Positions 38,985 through 51,828 of a stretch of 64,000 nucleotides of DNA are shown here, piece after piece. Origin of the DNA: Octopus sinensis (lineage: Eukaryota); assembly GCF_006345805.1 (NCBI RefSeq), contig NC_043006.1, forward strand, positions 8,618,001-8,682,000, in the 5' to 3' direction. Position numbers and translations under genes: made by a program. The stretch's first letter is position 1. Every line of letters begins with the position of its first letter. The notes beneath the pieces were generated by a model that saw only the letters and a program-made list of their open reading frames with translations, ran no database searches and was not told the DNA's origin.

Positions 38985-39815
38985 AGAATGGATAACCACT
39001 AAGTGGAGAGCCAATACGCAAGGAATAGATCACCTGCGATCTAACCACGAGGGAAAATAATGCAAACATCAGAACATAGGTGGGTAAGACAAATGAAAAT
39101 ATACAAAATAATGAATTGTAGACTAGTTTCGAATAAAATGAATATTAATTTAATTATAATCAATTTAGCATTTTTATGAATTTTCAGATTTTTCTATATG
39201 CTAGGCCACTGGTTTTAAATTGATTTTAATTAAATTAATATTCAATTTATCACCCTCATTATTTAAATTTTAAATAATTATGTTCTCTAACCAGAAACAT
39301 TCACTGCAGTGAATTATCGTCTGCAGAACCGCTTCCGGGATTTAGCGCGCCAGAGCTGAGGTATTTGATAAAAACCCTACTGTAATCGGTAGAAGTGTAC
39401 ACACGTCTAATTGTATGAGGACCACTTGTGTATAATTCTGCAATTTATATTGAATTAGAACGGTCCTACTGAATGACCACGGACGTTGTTACGGAAGTAA
39501 AAACGTAAATGGCGAAACGAGGATACGAATAATTCTTTATTTTGAATATTTTCATTTGTCTTACCCGCTTGTGTTCTGATGTTTGCTGAATTTTTCTAGA
39601 GAACATTATTTTCCTTCGTTGTTTGCTGAATTTTTCTAGCGAACATTATTTTTCCTTTGTGGGTAGATAGTAGGTGATCTATTTCTAGCATATTGGTTGT
39701 CCACTTAGTGGTAATCGCTTCTTATACGCATGCAATACAATTTTTCTGAGTCTTCAGATTTTTCTATACGCTGTTAATTAAATTAATATTCAATTATCAC
39801 CCTCATTATTTAAAT
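38985..39815. mobile_element. Rearranged PLE pLTR-like repeat (inverted and direct segments, degenerate hammerhead-like motif)
   Basis: ~38985-39125 is inverted relative to ~39530-39725. 39185-39270 is repeated directly at 39752-39815, and there is an internal ~40-bp tandem duplication near 39580-39660. Confidence 0.55.
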
Positions 39816-41920
39816 TATATATATATATATATAAATACATATATATATATACATTATATGTACGCACATATATGCGCATGTGTGGGTGTTATGTCATAAT
39901 CATCGGAATGTTAAAACAACATTTATATATCGTGGTTACCTTAACTCACCCGAGATTTGGTTATGTCCTTGATTAGTGTACGTCATCTTTTATAGCTCTG
40001 TGTCACTCATCCGAAAATATACGTAAATTAATTACAGTGGGAGCCCTTTTACTTTCTTACAGTCACATCATTCTCATCACTAGTGTACCAATGAGCCGAA
40101 TATAAGTAAATTGAGAGTATATCCATAACTACAGGTGGCTTTATAAATGACGAAATGTAAACTAGCGAGTATAAATTTCTTATTTCCAAATCAAACTCAT
40201 CTGGGTGATGCAGTTGTGGTTTTAATATATGTTCGTGTCAGTTTTCCTGAGTGTGAATACACGTGTGTGTGCTGCAGATCAAAACAAATTAAAAGCAAAA
40301 CATTGCGTGCTTTGAAAAGACAGTATATATCAAAAGCTCTAGGCAAACAAACCGTTAAGATCATTGCTTAAGGCGAAGATAAAAGGATAGTACACTGTAA
40401 TGTGGCACTTTACAAATCCAAGGAGTACTTGGTGCGTTCAAGGTGCCTTAGTTGTACTAATTAATACGAGGTGAATGCATGTTTTTTATGTTACTGTATA
40501 TGTTTCAGTGTATCGTACAATTTTGAATGTAATAGCGTGCGAGTATACTTAACAATAATGTGCTTTTATAAACTGCTACGCCTTGAAGTAACGCTCCTTT
40601 TAGATAATGGACTGTTATTGGTATTATTGTAGTGTATGAAATTTCAAACGAAAGGATAAATAAATATACCGTTTGACTCATTTCAGTATGGTGAAAACAC
40701 TTATTGAGCTAGTAAACAAATAAATTCGTTAACTGCGCATGCTAATCAGATTCATTATGTTCATGTGGAAGTTAAAAGTGAATATGCAATTAGATTCATT
40801 TAGCAAATGTAACAGTGTATATTAAGCTCTAAACCAATTGATTTCGTATGCTAAACAGTCATTATGTTATATCATCAAGCAGGGTGTGGTTATAATAAAG
40901 ATCACTATACTGAAAGAGAAGCAGTTAGTTTCCAATGGATATGTGTCAACTACAGCATTGGACATTCCTTCATTCTAAGGTAGGCGGTGTTGTTACAATA
41001 ATTCTATGTGATTATCATGTCCATAAAGGTTTCCAGTTAGTACATAATTTATGTCAATGGATGAGAACAGACTGCATGCACGTGGATATGCACATACGCA
41101 CATATACGTGGATACGCGGACACAGACACATGCTCTTAGAATTTAGGTGGAAAATTAGGGATTGCAACGTTAAGTTTATATTACGCAGAGGCATTAAGAT
41201 AGGAGAAAAAACTGAAGGACGATGGGTTAATTCTATAGGAACTAACCTGCCCTTCAGGGAAGAAAGGGAATTGGTAACATTAACACACTCATATTAGAAG
41301 TTTAGATTGGGTCTAGCAAAACTTCTTACACACGGCCATCAATGAAAATAAATAATGCGTAAGTGTATTCATTCAGGCCAAGAAAACGCAAATGTGCATT
41401 TCAAATAGAACGGGACTCGCAAGATGTACATGATAGAATATATATGTCAGAGGAGCCTAAGTTAGAATTTGGTGTAAATCTAGTTTATAAAGTAAAGAAA
41501 GTAATGACCAAACAGATTTTAAAAGTCAATGAAATTCATTAAATAAAAGTACTAACCTAATAGACGTAACAGATTAAAAATTACCATACTTTCCTCCACA
41601 CAGAGAAATAATTAACGTTAATGTCTTCAGTTATATAATCCATAAATTGATAATAATACGGTTCTGCAGTATAAAGAAAGGAAATTTGCAACAAGGAATA
41701 TAATATACAAGCGAAGCAAGAAAGAGAACAATTTAATCCTGTCGTATTGAAATTAAATTAGTTTACCTCCATCATTTAAAATTATATTTACTTCGTTTTA
41801 TTCGATATCAGCCATATGTAGAATTTGAAGAAGGTAAATACTGGCTAGTAGTTGTTGGAAATAATAGTTTTAACAGACGTTTATTTAAATTAAATTTAGT
41901 TTACATTACTTCGACAGATA

Positions 41921-43076
41921 CAGGATGTCCCAAAATTGAAGGCCACCAACTTATTTCAATTTTGCCAGAGCAAATATATGTTAAATTAGCGGGGCAGAAC
42001 GTTTCAATTCAATGACAAATGAAACACAATTTTGACACAATCATATCCTTTTGTCTAGGTGCGAATGATTCACACGCTGCACGCACGCAGCCCATTCCTG
42101 GCGCTGCAGTTTTGCCTTAAGAGCGTCACCCGAAGCATGATGAGTGCTCGAGTCTTCCGTCTGCAAAATGGACAAAAAAAAATCCAACAGTTTGAGATCG
42201 GGGTTTCTTCAGGACCATGCATCCTTGCCTTTGAACGATTAAATGTATTTCTTTATCCATTGTTGTGTCTGCTTGATGTTGTGACATAGTGCCGAGTCCT
42301 GCTAAAGGCCCCAAAATGCGCCTTGAAAGTGCTCATTTGCGCATGCAAACAGTTCAGCGTCTAGAATCTCGTTAATGCATAACTGGGTGTTAACTGTAAC
42401 ACTTGAGAACACAAAAATGAGGGGAGAAATTCCAGTTGCTGTCAAAGCCACCCAAACTATAACTGAATGTGGATTTCGACCTCGATGTACCAATCTCCAC
42501 TCTACGGAGCCAGATACACTCAAAATTCGGTCATTTTGTTGGTTTACTGCTTTTTTGATGATGTCAAATGTGTTTTCATCAGTGAACAATAGGTTGGGCA
42601 GCGTGACTTCAGCAATCTGACGGAGGATAAGACAATTCCTCTTCAGTGACATGGATTTACAAGCTTGCGCGCTCTTTCTCCACTCAATACAGCAATGTTC
42701 GGCCTATTTTTGCAGTGGCAGCCAGTTTTATGACGGGATGACGTGACTTCATTCTATGTTTTCTCTGGTAATTTCGATAAGCAGAGTGATACGCCCACTT
42801 CTTTTACGTTGGAATCAGTCTCTTGAAATTTGTTAACAATTTTCCAAACTGTCGTTCGGTTAATTGCAAGCTTTTTTACTATAGCTGTATTATTTTCGCC
42901 TCGTTTGTGAAGGGTTATGATTGTATTTCGGCCTATTGCCATTATCTGATATATAAATCTGAATCTATTTAGTCTGAAAAAAAAGTTTTTATACTATGTA
43001 ATTTTCACATTTTATCGCAATTATTGATAGTTATTAAAGCCCGAAACTTCGGCTGCCTTAATTTCGGGACGCCCTG
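41921..43076 (-). mobile_element. Decayed Tc1/mariner DNA transposon, DD37D (maT-type)
   Basis: TA TSDs (41919-20, 43077-78) and imperfect TIRs CAGGATGTCCCAAAATT / CAGGGCGTCCCGAAATT. Transposase remnants include an HTH (42754-42942), LFTDE...QNDR, and QD followed by 37 codons then D, with in-frame stops. Confidence 0.9.
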
Positions 43077-43093
43077 TACACATGTATACACAT

Positions 43094-43398
43094 CTGGAGG
43101 CACATTGCCTAGTTATTAGAGCAGCGGACTCGTGGTCGAGGGATCGCGGGGTCGAATCTCAGACCGGGCGTGTGTGTGTTTATGAGCGCAACACCTCTGC
43201 GTCACGCGTCTCCGGCGGAAGGTAAAGGCAAACTTCTGCTGACTCTTTCGCCACAACTTTCCCTCAATCTTTCCTCCTGCATCTTGCAGCTCACCTGCGA
43301 CGGACCAGCGTCCCGTGCAGGTGGGGAACCTATACGCCAAGGAAACCGGGAAACCGGCCCTAATGAGCTAGGCGTGGCTCGAGAAGGAACAAACAACA
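43094..43398 (+). mobile_element. tRNA-derived SINE (family A-related subfamily) with 14-bp TSD
   Basis: TSD ACATGTATACACAT at 43080-43093 and 43399-43412. Homologous to 58871-59160. Confidence 0.9.
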
Positions 43399-44499
43399 AC
43401 ATGTATACACATATACATACACATACACACTCATACATATTTTATTCTTTTATTCATTTCATTCATGTGGTTGCGGTCATGCTGGAGCACCAGCATACAG
43501 GCACACACACGCACACACACACACACACACACACATACACACACGCACGCACACACATACACACAGAAAATATTAATATTTAAATGCGAAATAAGATAAT
43601 TACCACAGATCAAACGCAGTCAATCTTCCAATATTCAAACACAGGAACACTATATGAGGATTATGTGATATATAGAAGTATTTATCTTTGTTTCTATAGT
43701 TTTACATAAAGATATAACAAAGCTCTGTAAATGCTCCAGTTAATACACCTAGGTTACACGGCCTATTTTATAAAAGTATAAAAAAAGAAATGAAGAATAG
43801 TTTCTCTTGAACAGAATTGATTTTGACATATAATTCTAGAGAAGTCGTTTTTTTTTTCGAATTTAGAGCAAATCAATAATATACTAGAGGGCGCTAGATT
43901 GCTGTCAGCTTGAAACCTGAAGTGTAGCAGTTGATGCTTGAGTTTTTATTTTTTTTATTTCGTTATACCGTATTTCCGGCGCCAGATTTCTGTGGAGTAT
44001 CAGACATGTGTCTTCAACCACACACAGTTTATGAAAAAGGATTGTGGTTTCCCGTTTAAACGTGTAACTTCAAATGATATTGATTTACAGACGATTGATT
44101 TCAATCAATAAATACACAAATATCGTTTTCCAGCTGTCAAAATTCTCAAATGATCTGATGCCACGATCCACTACGTCAGTTAATTATTGAAATTGGTTTC
44201 AAATTTTGGCGCAAGACCAGTTGTTTCGAGGCTACCTGTCTTCTATTAACTCCAATGCTCAATTGGCGCTTATTTTATCAACTAGAAAAGGATGTACGGC
44301 AAAGTCAATGTCGGCGGAATTTCATCCAAGGACATAAAAAAATATGTCGATATTAATTTGTAGGTAATCAGTTGGCATATTAGACGGCCATCATTTGCAT
44401 ATTGCGAAGTAAATTCCAATCTCCCATACTCGAAATGTAAACACTACTTCAATTTCGATCGATATTTAATAGATGAGGAATTATGTCCATTATTTATAT

Positions 44500-44775
44500 T
44501 ATTTGCATTTAACGTATATTTGTCCTCATCTTGTTTATTTGTTGTTAAAACAACGTTTCGGCTCTTATACCCTCTAGGCTTCATCAGGTGACTTGGGGAA
44601 ATTTCGAACCTGGGTTCTCATTCCTATTGTATTTTTCGATGGGCATATGGTGTAGTGGTTAATAGCGCGGGCTACTAACCCCAAGATTCCCAGTTCGATT
44701 CCAGACAGTGACCTGAATAATAATAATAATAACTAAAAAAAAAATAATAATATTAATAATAACAATAATAATAAG
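44500..44775. mobile_element. PLE pLTR fragment: hammerhead segment (minus) joined head-to-head to a tRNA-like segment (plus, 44646-44716) and (AAT)n
   Basis: Minus strand reads CTGATGA-A-GCC...GCC-GAAA-CGTT. Plus strand has A box TGGTGTAGTGG and B box GTTCGATTC. Same family as 54895-55304. Confidence 0.75.
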
Positions 44776-45918
44776 TAGCCAGCGATCTTAACCACTACTC
44801 CAAATACCCGTGAACAAAACGTACACTATAGGTTTAGAGAAAATGTATTGCCTAAAAATATAATTGAATAAAAGAAATTACTCATTTGTATATTTGCAAT
44901 AAACATGTGATAATTTCACCTAAATATTAGTACTATAAGAGGGATATACCTCGTCGAAAATCTATCGCTGCAAAATTTCATTTAAAAACGTATATATATT
45001 TTTTCTGAATGTTATAAAACAATCAATCTGTACCTATTATGTTAACTCCGTCTCTTTCTCTCTTTTTCTCTCCCTCTCATTCCATTTCTCAGTCTATCTC
45101 ACAATACGATCGAAAGCGTTAATGGAGAAATTATCCAGCCAAACAACTAATACATTTATCGGCTGTTATAAAACAGTGATATCACAAAACGTCATCGAGT
45201 CTACACATGTCCTACTTAATCATAAATGTTACATCCCAGTAGATATTTGCCTTCAAATTTACATTTTATATCGTTTTGCACATCATCAGAAAACGATGAT
45301 GAAATTACTGTTCGATGAATTGAATTACAAGGGTATAGATTAAGACAGCAAACAGCTGACTATTCCACGAACACATGTACTCTTAACGTAAACTTCAGAC
45401 CGAATCAACAAGACTGAGTGTGATAAAGCTGGAATATTTAAATTACCGTTAACATACAGGCAAAGAAATTCTATGGTGGTTTCTTCAGCACATCTTAAGA
45501 CACTACAAATTGACAAGGCCCCATGCATCAGGATCGAGCTACTGATGGCGAGGCTGCAACACATCGAGGGACACAAAATGAGAACAATGTAGAGAGACAC
45601 AATATGATTAGCAACAGAACCTTAAACAATGGAAACCAACATGACAGCAACTACATCAATGAAGTTTGTGAAGTGACATAAAACAGTTAAACCCCGGTTA
45701 TATTAGAAAACAGAAAATATAAAATGCGTCTCCGCGACAAAGTAAATTTATGGGTTAATATGAATTATTAATAGGAAACCCAATAGGAAACCCAATACTG
45801 TTCCATATATTTGTAGGTATATAGATGTAATTGAACATTCATATAAATATTTACGCAGGGGCTTAGACGCGCATGCACACACACACACAAGCACAAACAC
45901 GCACACACTCACAAATGC

Positions 45919-45950
<32 letters not shown>

Positions 45951-46010
45951 TATATATATAGATAGCTAGATAGATAGATAGATATGTATATATATATATA
46001 TGTATAAATA

Positions 46011-46112
<102 letters not shown>

Positions 46113-46717
46113 GCATAAAAAACATACTCATATATATATATATTTCGCTTTCTTTCTCGATATATATAACTGGACTATATATGTGTCTGTGTGTATGTAT
46201 ATATATATGAATCTATCTTTCTGCCTCTCTATATATCGATCTATCCAGATCTTCCTCTGTTTCTCTCACTCTCTCAATCTCTCTCTCTACTTACACACAT
46301 ACACTACACATTTATGTATGTTTAATTGCAAAGACGTTTGAAACACTTCCAGACATATTAAAGTGATATGGATCATTACCTAATAAAACGGTACCAACAA
46401 ATAACTCGGTTCAAATATTATGGATAAATATTTGAGTTTAAGCTGCTAGTGAATTTAGGCATTCCCTTGAATTTTATTTTAAGCGGAAGTAGAGAAAGAG
46501 ACCATTGCAAACAGATATTTTAATTAAATATAACTACGCTCTAATCAAATATCGATCATCAAAGCTAGATGTTTTATGCATCGATGGTCAATATATATGT
46601 GTGTATATGTATGCATCGTCCGATATTTATATGAAATTATTACCAGAGAATTTCAGGTGTAAAAATATTCTCAATATTTATATTTAGGAATTATGTCGTA
46701 CGAAATGTAGGTACATA

Positions 46718-46791
<74 letters not shown>

Positions 46792-47729
46792 ATACATATA
46801 TATATTTGTGTGTGTATGTATATTATATATACACGCATATATCCACACACAGACATATATATATTTTTTTTCCAGTATTTATACATGCCAGCACACAAAC
46901 ACACACAATGCACAAAAAAAGAGAAAATATCACCACAAAGACACACACACACACACACACACTCAAACATATACACTAACAGACACACATACAAAAGCAA
47001 ACATCACAAAAACACAATCACACACAATTCTATACGAGCACACAAACACACACAAAAGAAAACACTCACACATACGAACAAACAGACACATTCACTCGCA
47101 TACACACACGAACAGACAAACATACACACAGCTGGTGACCACACATATACACACAGGTGGAGACACTTAAAGGAATACATCTAACCTAAAGCATAATCCT
47201 TATTCTTTCTTCAAACATACACAACTCACAGCTGGTCACTTTGCAAACATATTGAAAGGACATTCAACATAATACACGTACACACACACACTGGTGAACA
47301 TAAAACGCCATTCAATAAATGCTATTTAGCCACTCCCTTGGCCGGAATACACAAGGATTTCTTTTAGACAATAGGCACACTTTCTCTCACTCTCTATCTC
47401 TTTCAACTCAGTACCAAACTATATTTAAAGAAGACTTGAACGAAAAATCTCCAGACATCGTCTTGAACCCCCAGACAGGGGATAAATTGTTTTTACTTCA
47501 ATTGCTTCTATAAATTTTTACTGATATATGATTACATGGGAAAATACGAGTAAGAGAAATAATATTTATAAACCTGGAAAATTACATGACAAGTTATTAC
47601 ATCTGGTAAAGTACATAAAAAAAAAATTTTACTTGAAATATTGCCTCCATTAAAGAAAAGAGTTTCACTTTGTTCACGGGATTTCTCGTAAATTCGCGTA
47701 AATAAATCAATAAATCAATGAAGCAGAGG

Positions 47730-48010
47730 ACGTTCCTTTGGATGTTTGTCTTGGTTGGATTTGTCTTTTGGGCAAATATTTTTGTGGTTTATTTCCTTCC
47801 ATTATTATGCATTATTTTGTAGTTGTTCTGGGCATGGGGTTCTTGAACTTGTGTGATGAGTTCTGGTTTGGGCACAACTCTTGTATGTGTGAAGTTTGTT
47901 TGCCATGTGTTTTCACATTTAGAAAAGGGTATAACCTGGTAGGGTTACCTTCGTGTATAGGGGTTCTTCTTTGAAATATTTGAGTGTAAAATATTACTTG
48001 TGCATGCCTT
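47730..48010 (-). mobile_element. Possible decayed PLE 3' coding fragment
   Basis: Coding-like composition adjacent to a clear PLE fragment, with no intact motif. Confidence 0.3.
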
Positions 48011-48249
48011 TTACTGTTGTCGACACATTGATGTACTCAACATATATTAATACACTTTTGCGAATGCAAATAATACCCATAGCAATATCATGTACGTAGG
48101 ACATATGTTACTATAGACCTCAAGAGCCGATATATACGTGGCAATTACATACACATACGCATACTCATTTGTGTGTGCAGGTTTCATCTTAATATTTAAG
48201 GTGTTATCTCTTGATTGCATAATGTTTAATTTTTCAGTAATACGGAGTT

Positions 48250-49260
48250 CACATTTGGTACCTCTTCCTCTATATTTGTTGGCTTTATCAATAATTTTCC
48301 ACTCTGTCTGAGGGTTGCTTATTCTACCTGCTTTCCATGTCCATATTATATATTACGTTTTTTGGTTTTGTCTCTGAATGACGTAAGATGTGTATATGTT
48401 TCTTCGAACGAGTTGCCCCTCATTCCTATATAAGCTTTTTGCTATTCCGTTGGGGTTCGTGTTCTTTTCCTTGTATAAGAGTTATGTCTCAAGACAGTTG
48501 TTGTGTTTCGGGTTTGTATTTCTGGTGTGTTTACGTCTCCAAATATAGTGAACTTTAACAGTATTTGTGTTGAAGATCTTGTGGTATTTGTGTGAATGAG
48601 AAAAGTGGTGGTCTATTAGTTTTAAGAAATTCTTAGATATTTTAGTAGCTACATTCATGCTATAAGGTGGGTTGAAACATAAGATTTTCCTCTGTATAAT
48701 CTTGGTCTAATTATATGTGGTTCAATGTAGTGGATGCTCTTCTTGAAGTTGGACCTTTCTAATGCAACATCATAATATGGGGCGGCTTTTTCAAAAATGT
48801 CTTTGTCGACGGATAAATTGAAGCCACGTCTGCTAATGTTGTTAAGCATTTGTCTATTTCCTGCTGGGTGGTTGGAACCAATGTCTATGTACGAAGCTTC
48901 CTAGGTTTGTTTGTGGCTTAAAATTTCCTCTGTTAAGATTCACATTAATGTCCGTGTTCGCTTCTTTTATATCTTTTCTAAGGGCATCTAGTATATAAAG
49001 GCCTAAAGGATCAGTTATTTCAGCACCGCCATAGCCACGTCAAATAACTGATCGCCATTTATGTTTAGCTACTAGGAATTATCCTGAAATAGTGATGACT
49101 TCCTTGCGTTCGTAATTATGTCTATAGCGGTATTTGTCATGGTGACATACGTTTTGCTAAATCCAAGTGCCTTCCGAAGCAAGGTTTTGGAGATCAAGAT
49201 GTAGAACCCTTCGATATCGAACTGATTAAATTTGCATTTGGGTTTATCTTCTATTCCCCC
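48250..49260 (-). mobile_element. Degenerate Penelope-like element (RT core/C-terminus into GIY-YIG)
   Basis: DKPKCKF.QFDIE.FY..IS..LL.KAL.F and R..NLS.DK.IFEKAAPYY..ALE.S.F are PLE RT motifs. Frameshifts and stops present. Confidence 0.8.
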
Positions 49261-49265
49261 CAATA

Positions 49266-49340
<75 letters not shown>

Positions 49341-49341
<1 letters not shown>

Positions 49342-51220
49342 TTTTTTTATTTATTTTTTTTTATCTAGTTTCAGCTCACAAGCTGTGGCCATGCTGGGGC
49401 ACCGCCATTTGGTGTTGCTACATGATTTTACTTCACGAATGCTTTTTAGCAACTGCCATTTGGTGCATGAGAGAGTTCGATGCAGCTGCCCTCATCTGCA
49501 CCTCCTGCCGTGAAGTTGGTTCATCTGGGACACCTGACAAGAAGAGATCCAGTTTTATTTTAAAGACATCTGCATCCACCCCATGCAGGTCTCTTAGAGT
49601 CTTCGGGAGGATATTGAAGAGCTGTTGGCCTCGGAAGCCCGGGCTATCACAGTATCTCGTCCTACATCTTGATGGCAAATTTGGAGTCCTTGGCACTATG
49701 CAGTGGCACCCAGGTCTGTCATTTGTGTAACTCTCGATGCCAAAGTTTGGGACAGGTCCTTCTAGGATCATCCAGATGTATATTATGGCATATCTTTCTC
49801 GCCTACGCTCTAAGGAATATAATTTTAATCTCTTGAGTTTTTCCCAGTAGCTTATATGCTGCACAGAGACTATCATCTTCGTGTAGCTTCGTTGGATCGC
49901 CTCACGTTTTGTGATTAACTTAACACTGGATGGTGACCATAGCTGAGAGCAATAGTCAAAGTGGCTTAGGACAAGTGTCCTCCAGAGGACCATCATGGTT
50001 TCCTGGTCTCTTGTTCTAAAGGTTCTAAGAATCCATCCGGTCAGCCGCCTACATTTCATTGCCAATTTAGCAACATGCACATGAAGGGTTGCACCATCAC
50101 TCATGTAAATACCCAGGTCTCGCACTGATTGTGCCTCTGGGATTTTAGTCCCTCCAGGTCCAGTGTATTCATTGGGTATTGCATTTAGTTTTGCATGATG
50201 ATAGCATAAATCTTGAAACTTTTCAGCATTGAACTGCATGCTATTCTTTTCAGCCCACTTGTATATTTTGTCCAGCTCACATTGCAGGTGCTTAGTGTCT
50301 TCAGGGTTCTGTATTGCCTGTGAAACTTTTGTATCATCTGCGTAACTTGTGATCGTGGCTCTCTGCGTGGCTGAGGGTATGTCTGAGAGGGCCAATATGA
50401 ACAGTAGTGGTTCCAAAACAGTGCCCTGCGGAACACCACTCACTATTTGCGTGTTAATGGAAGTGGCCCCATTGGCTACTACCACCTGACTTCTATCATT
50501 CAGAAAGTCATGAAGCCACTCTTCCAATTCTCCAACTATGCCAAGATCACGCAGTTTGTGACATAGCATTCCATGATCGACTTTATCAAAGGCCTTTGCA
50601 AAGTCGAGATATATGACTTCCACATTTGAGTGGTTGAGCAGTCGTTTTAGCACCCAGTCATAGTGTTGTAGGAGCTGAGTTAAGCAGTTTCTTCCTGGTC
50701 GGAAACCATGTTGGGTGTCAGGCAGCAAGTCATTTTCTTCAAGGAAGGTGATTAGTTTCATGACCTTGCTGATGTGTGAGGTCAGAGATATAGGTCTGTA
50801 GTTCTTCGCCTCCGCTCTGCTACCTCCTGTATGAATAGGGCATATTTTACCTTCCTTCAGTTTTCTTGGAAGTTTGCCAGTTGCAAGGAAGCTCTGAAAG
50901 AGGAACTGCAGTGGTCTTGCTAGGACTCTCTTACATACTTTTGGAAGGATTGCTGGGAATCCATCGGGGCCAGTAGCTGAGTTTGTTTTCATTTCATCTA
51001 TAGCCTTTATTACATCGTCTTCCTTTATATTGATGTAATCAATCATCGCTGCCTCCAACTTTATATCTGCAGTGGTAAAGAAGTCAGTTGGATTGCTGAC
51101 TTGAAAATGCCCTAGGGGTGGAGTGAAAATACTCTTGAATTGCTCATTTAGTATTTCACTTATCCTCATTGGATTTCCTGTGATTGTGCCATCCTTTTCA
51201 AGGAGTGGCCCTATCCTACA

Positions 51221-51222
<2 letters not shown>
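49341..51222 (-). mobile_element. 5'-truncated CR1-group LINE inserted in a (TA)n tract
   Basis: Long RT ORF, short 3' UTR with a terminal stem-loop and A-rich tail, and (TA)n on both sides. Confidence 0.93.
49433..51222 (-). pseudogene. Truncated ORF2 reverse transcriptase of a CR1-group LINE
   Basis: NYRPISLTS, QHGFRPG, YLDFAKAFDKV, GVPQGTVL and SYADDTK motifs. No endonuclease domain, a short in-frame deletion after SHISKVM, and the apparent N-terminus is TA-repeat translation. Confidence 0.9.
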
Positions 51223-51276
<54 letters not shown>

Positions 51277-51416
51277 TACAACACATTGTTCAAAAATTTA
51301 AATGCTCTACTTAAGCTTACTATATAATAATACAATTGAAAATTAAGATTTAAAAAGAAAACAAAGAAGAAAATTACATATGATATGAGAAAACAGAAGT
51401 TACGTGAGTATAAATA

Positions 51417-51828
51417 TCTTTTACTCTTTTACTTGTTTCAGTCATTTGACTGCGGCCATACTGGAGCACCGCCTTTAATCGACCAACTCGACCCCAGGAC
51501 TTATTCTTTTGTAAGCCCAGTACTTATTCTATCGGTCTCTTTTGCCGAACCGCTAAGTGACTGGGACATAAACACACCAGCATCGGTTGTCAAGCAATGC
51601 TAGGGGGACACATACAGACACACAGACATACACGCACACACATACATACATATATTATACATATATACGATGGATTTCTTTCAGTTTCCGTCTACCAAAT
51701 CCACGCACAAGGCTTTGGTCGGCCCGAGGCTATAGTAAAAGACACTTGCCCAAGGTACCACGCAGTGGGACTGAACCCGGAACCATGTGGTTTGTAAACA
51801 AGCTACTTACCACACAGCAGCCACTCCT
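51417..51828 (-). mobile_element. Full-length family B SINE
   Basis: Tail CTTGTTTCAGTCATTTGACTGCGGCCAT through head CAAGCTACTTACCACACAGC. Confidence 0.9.
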
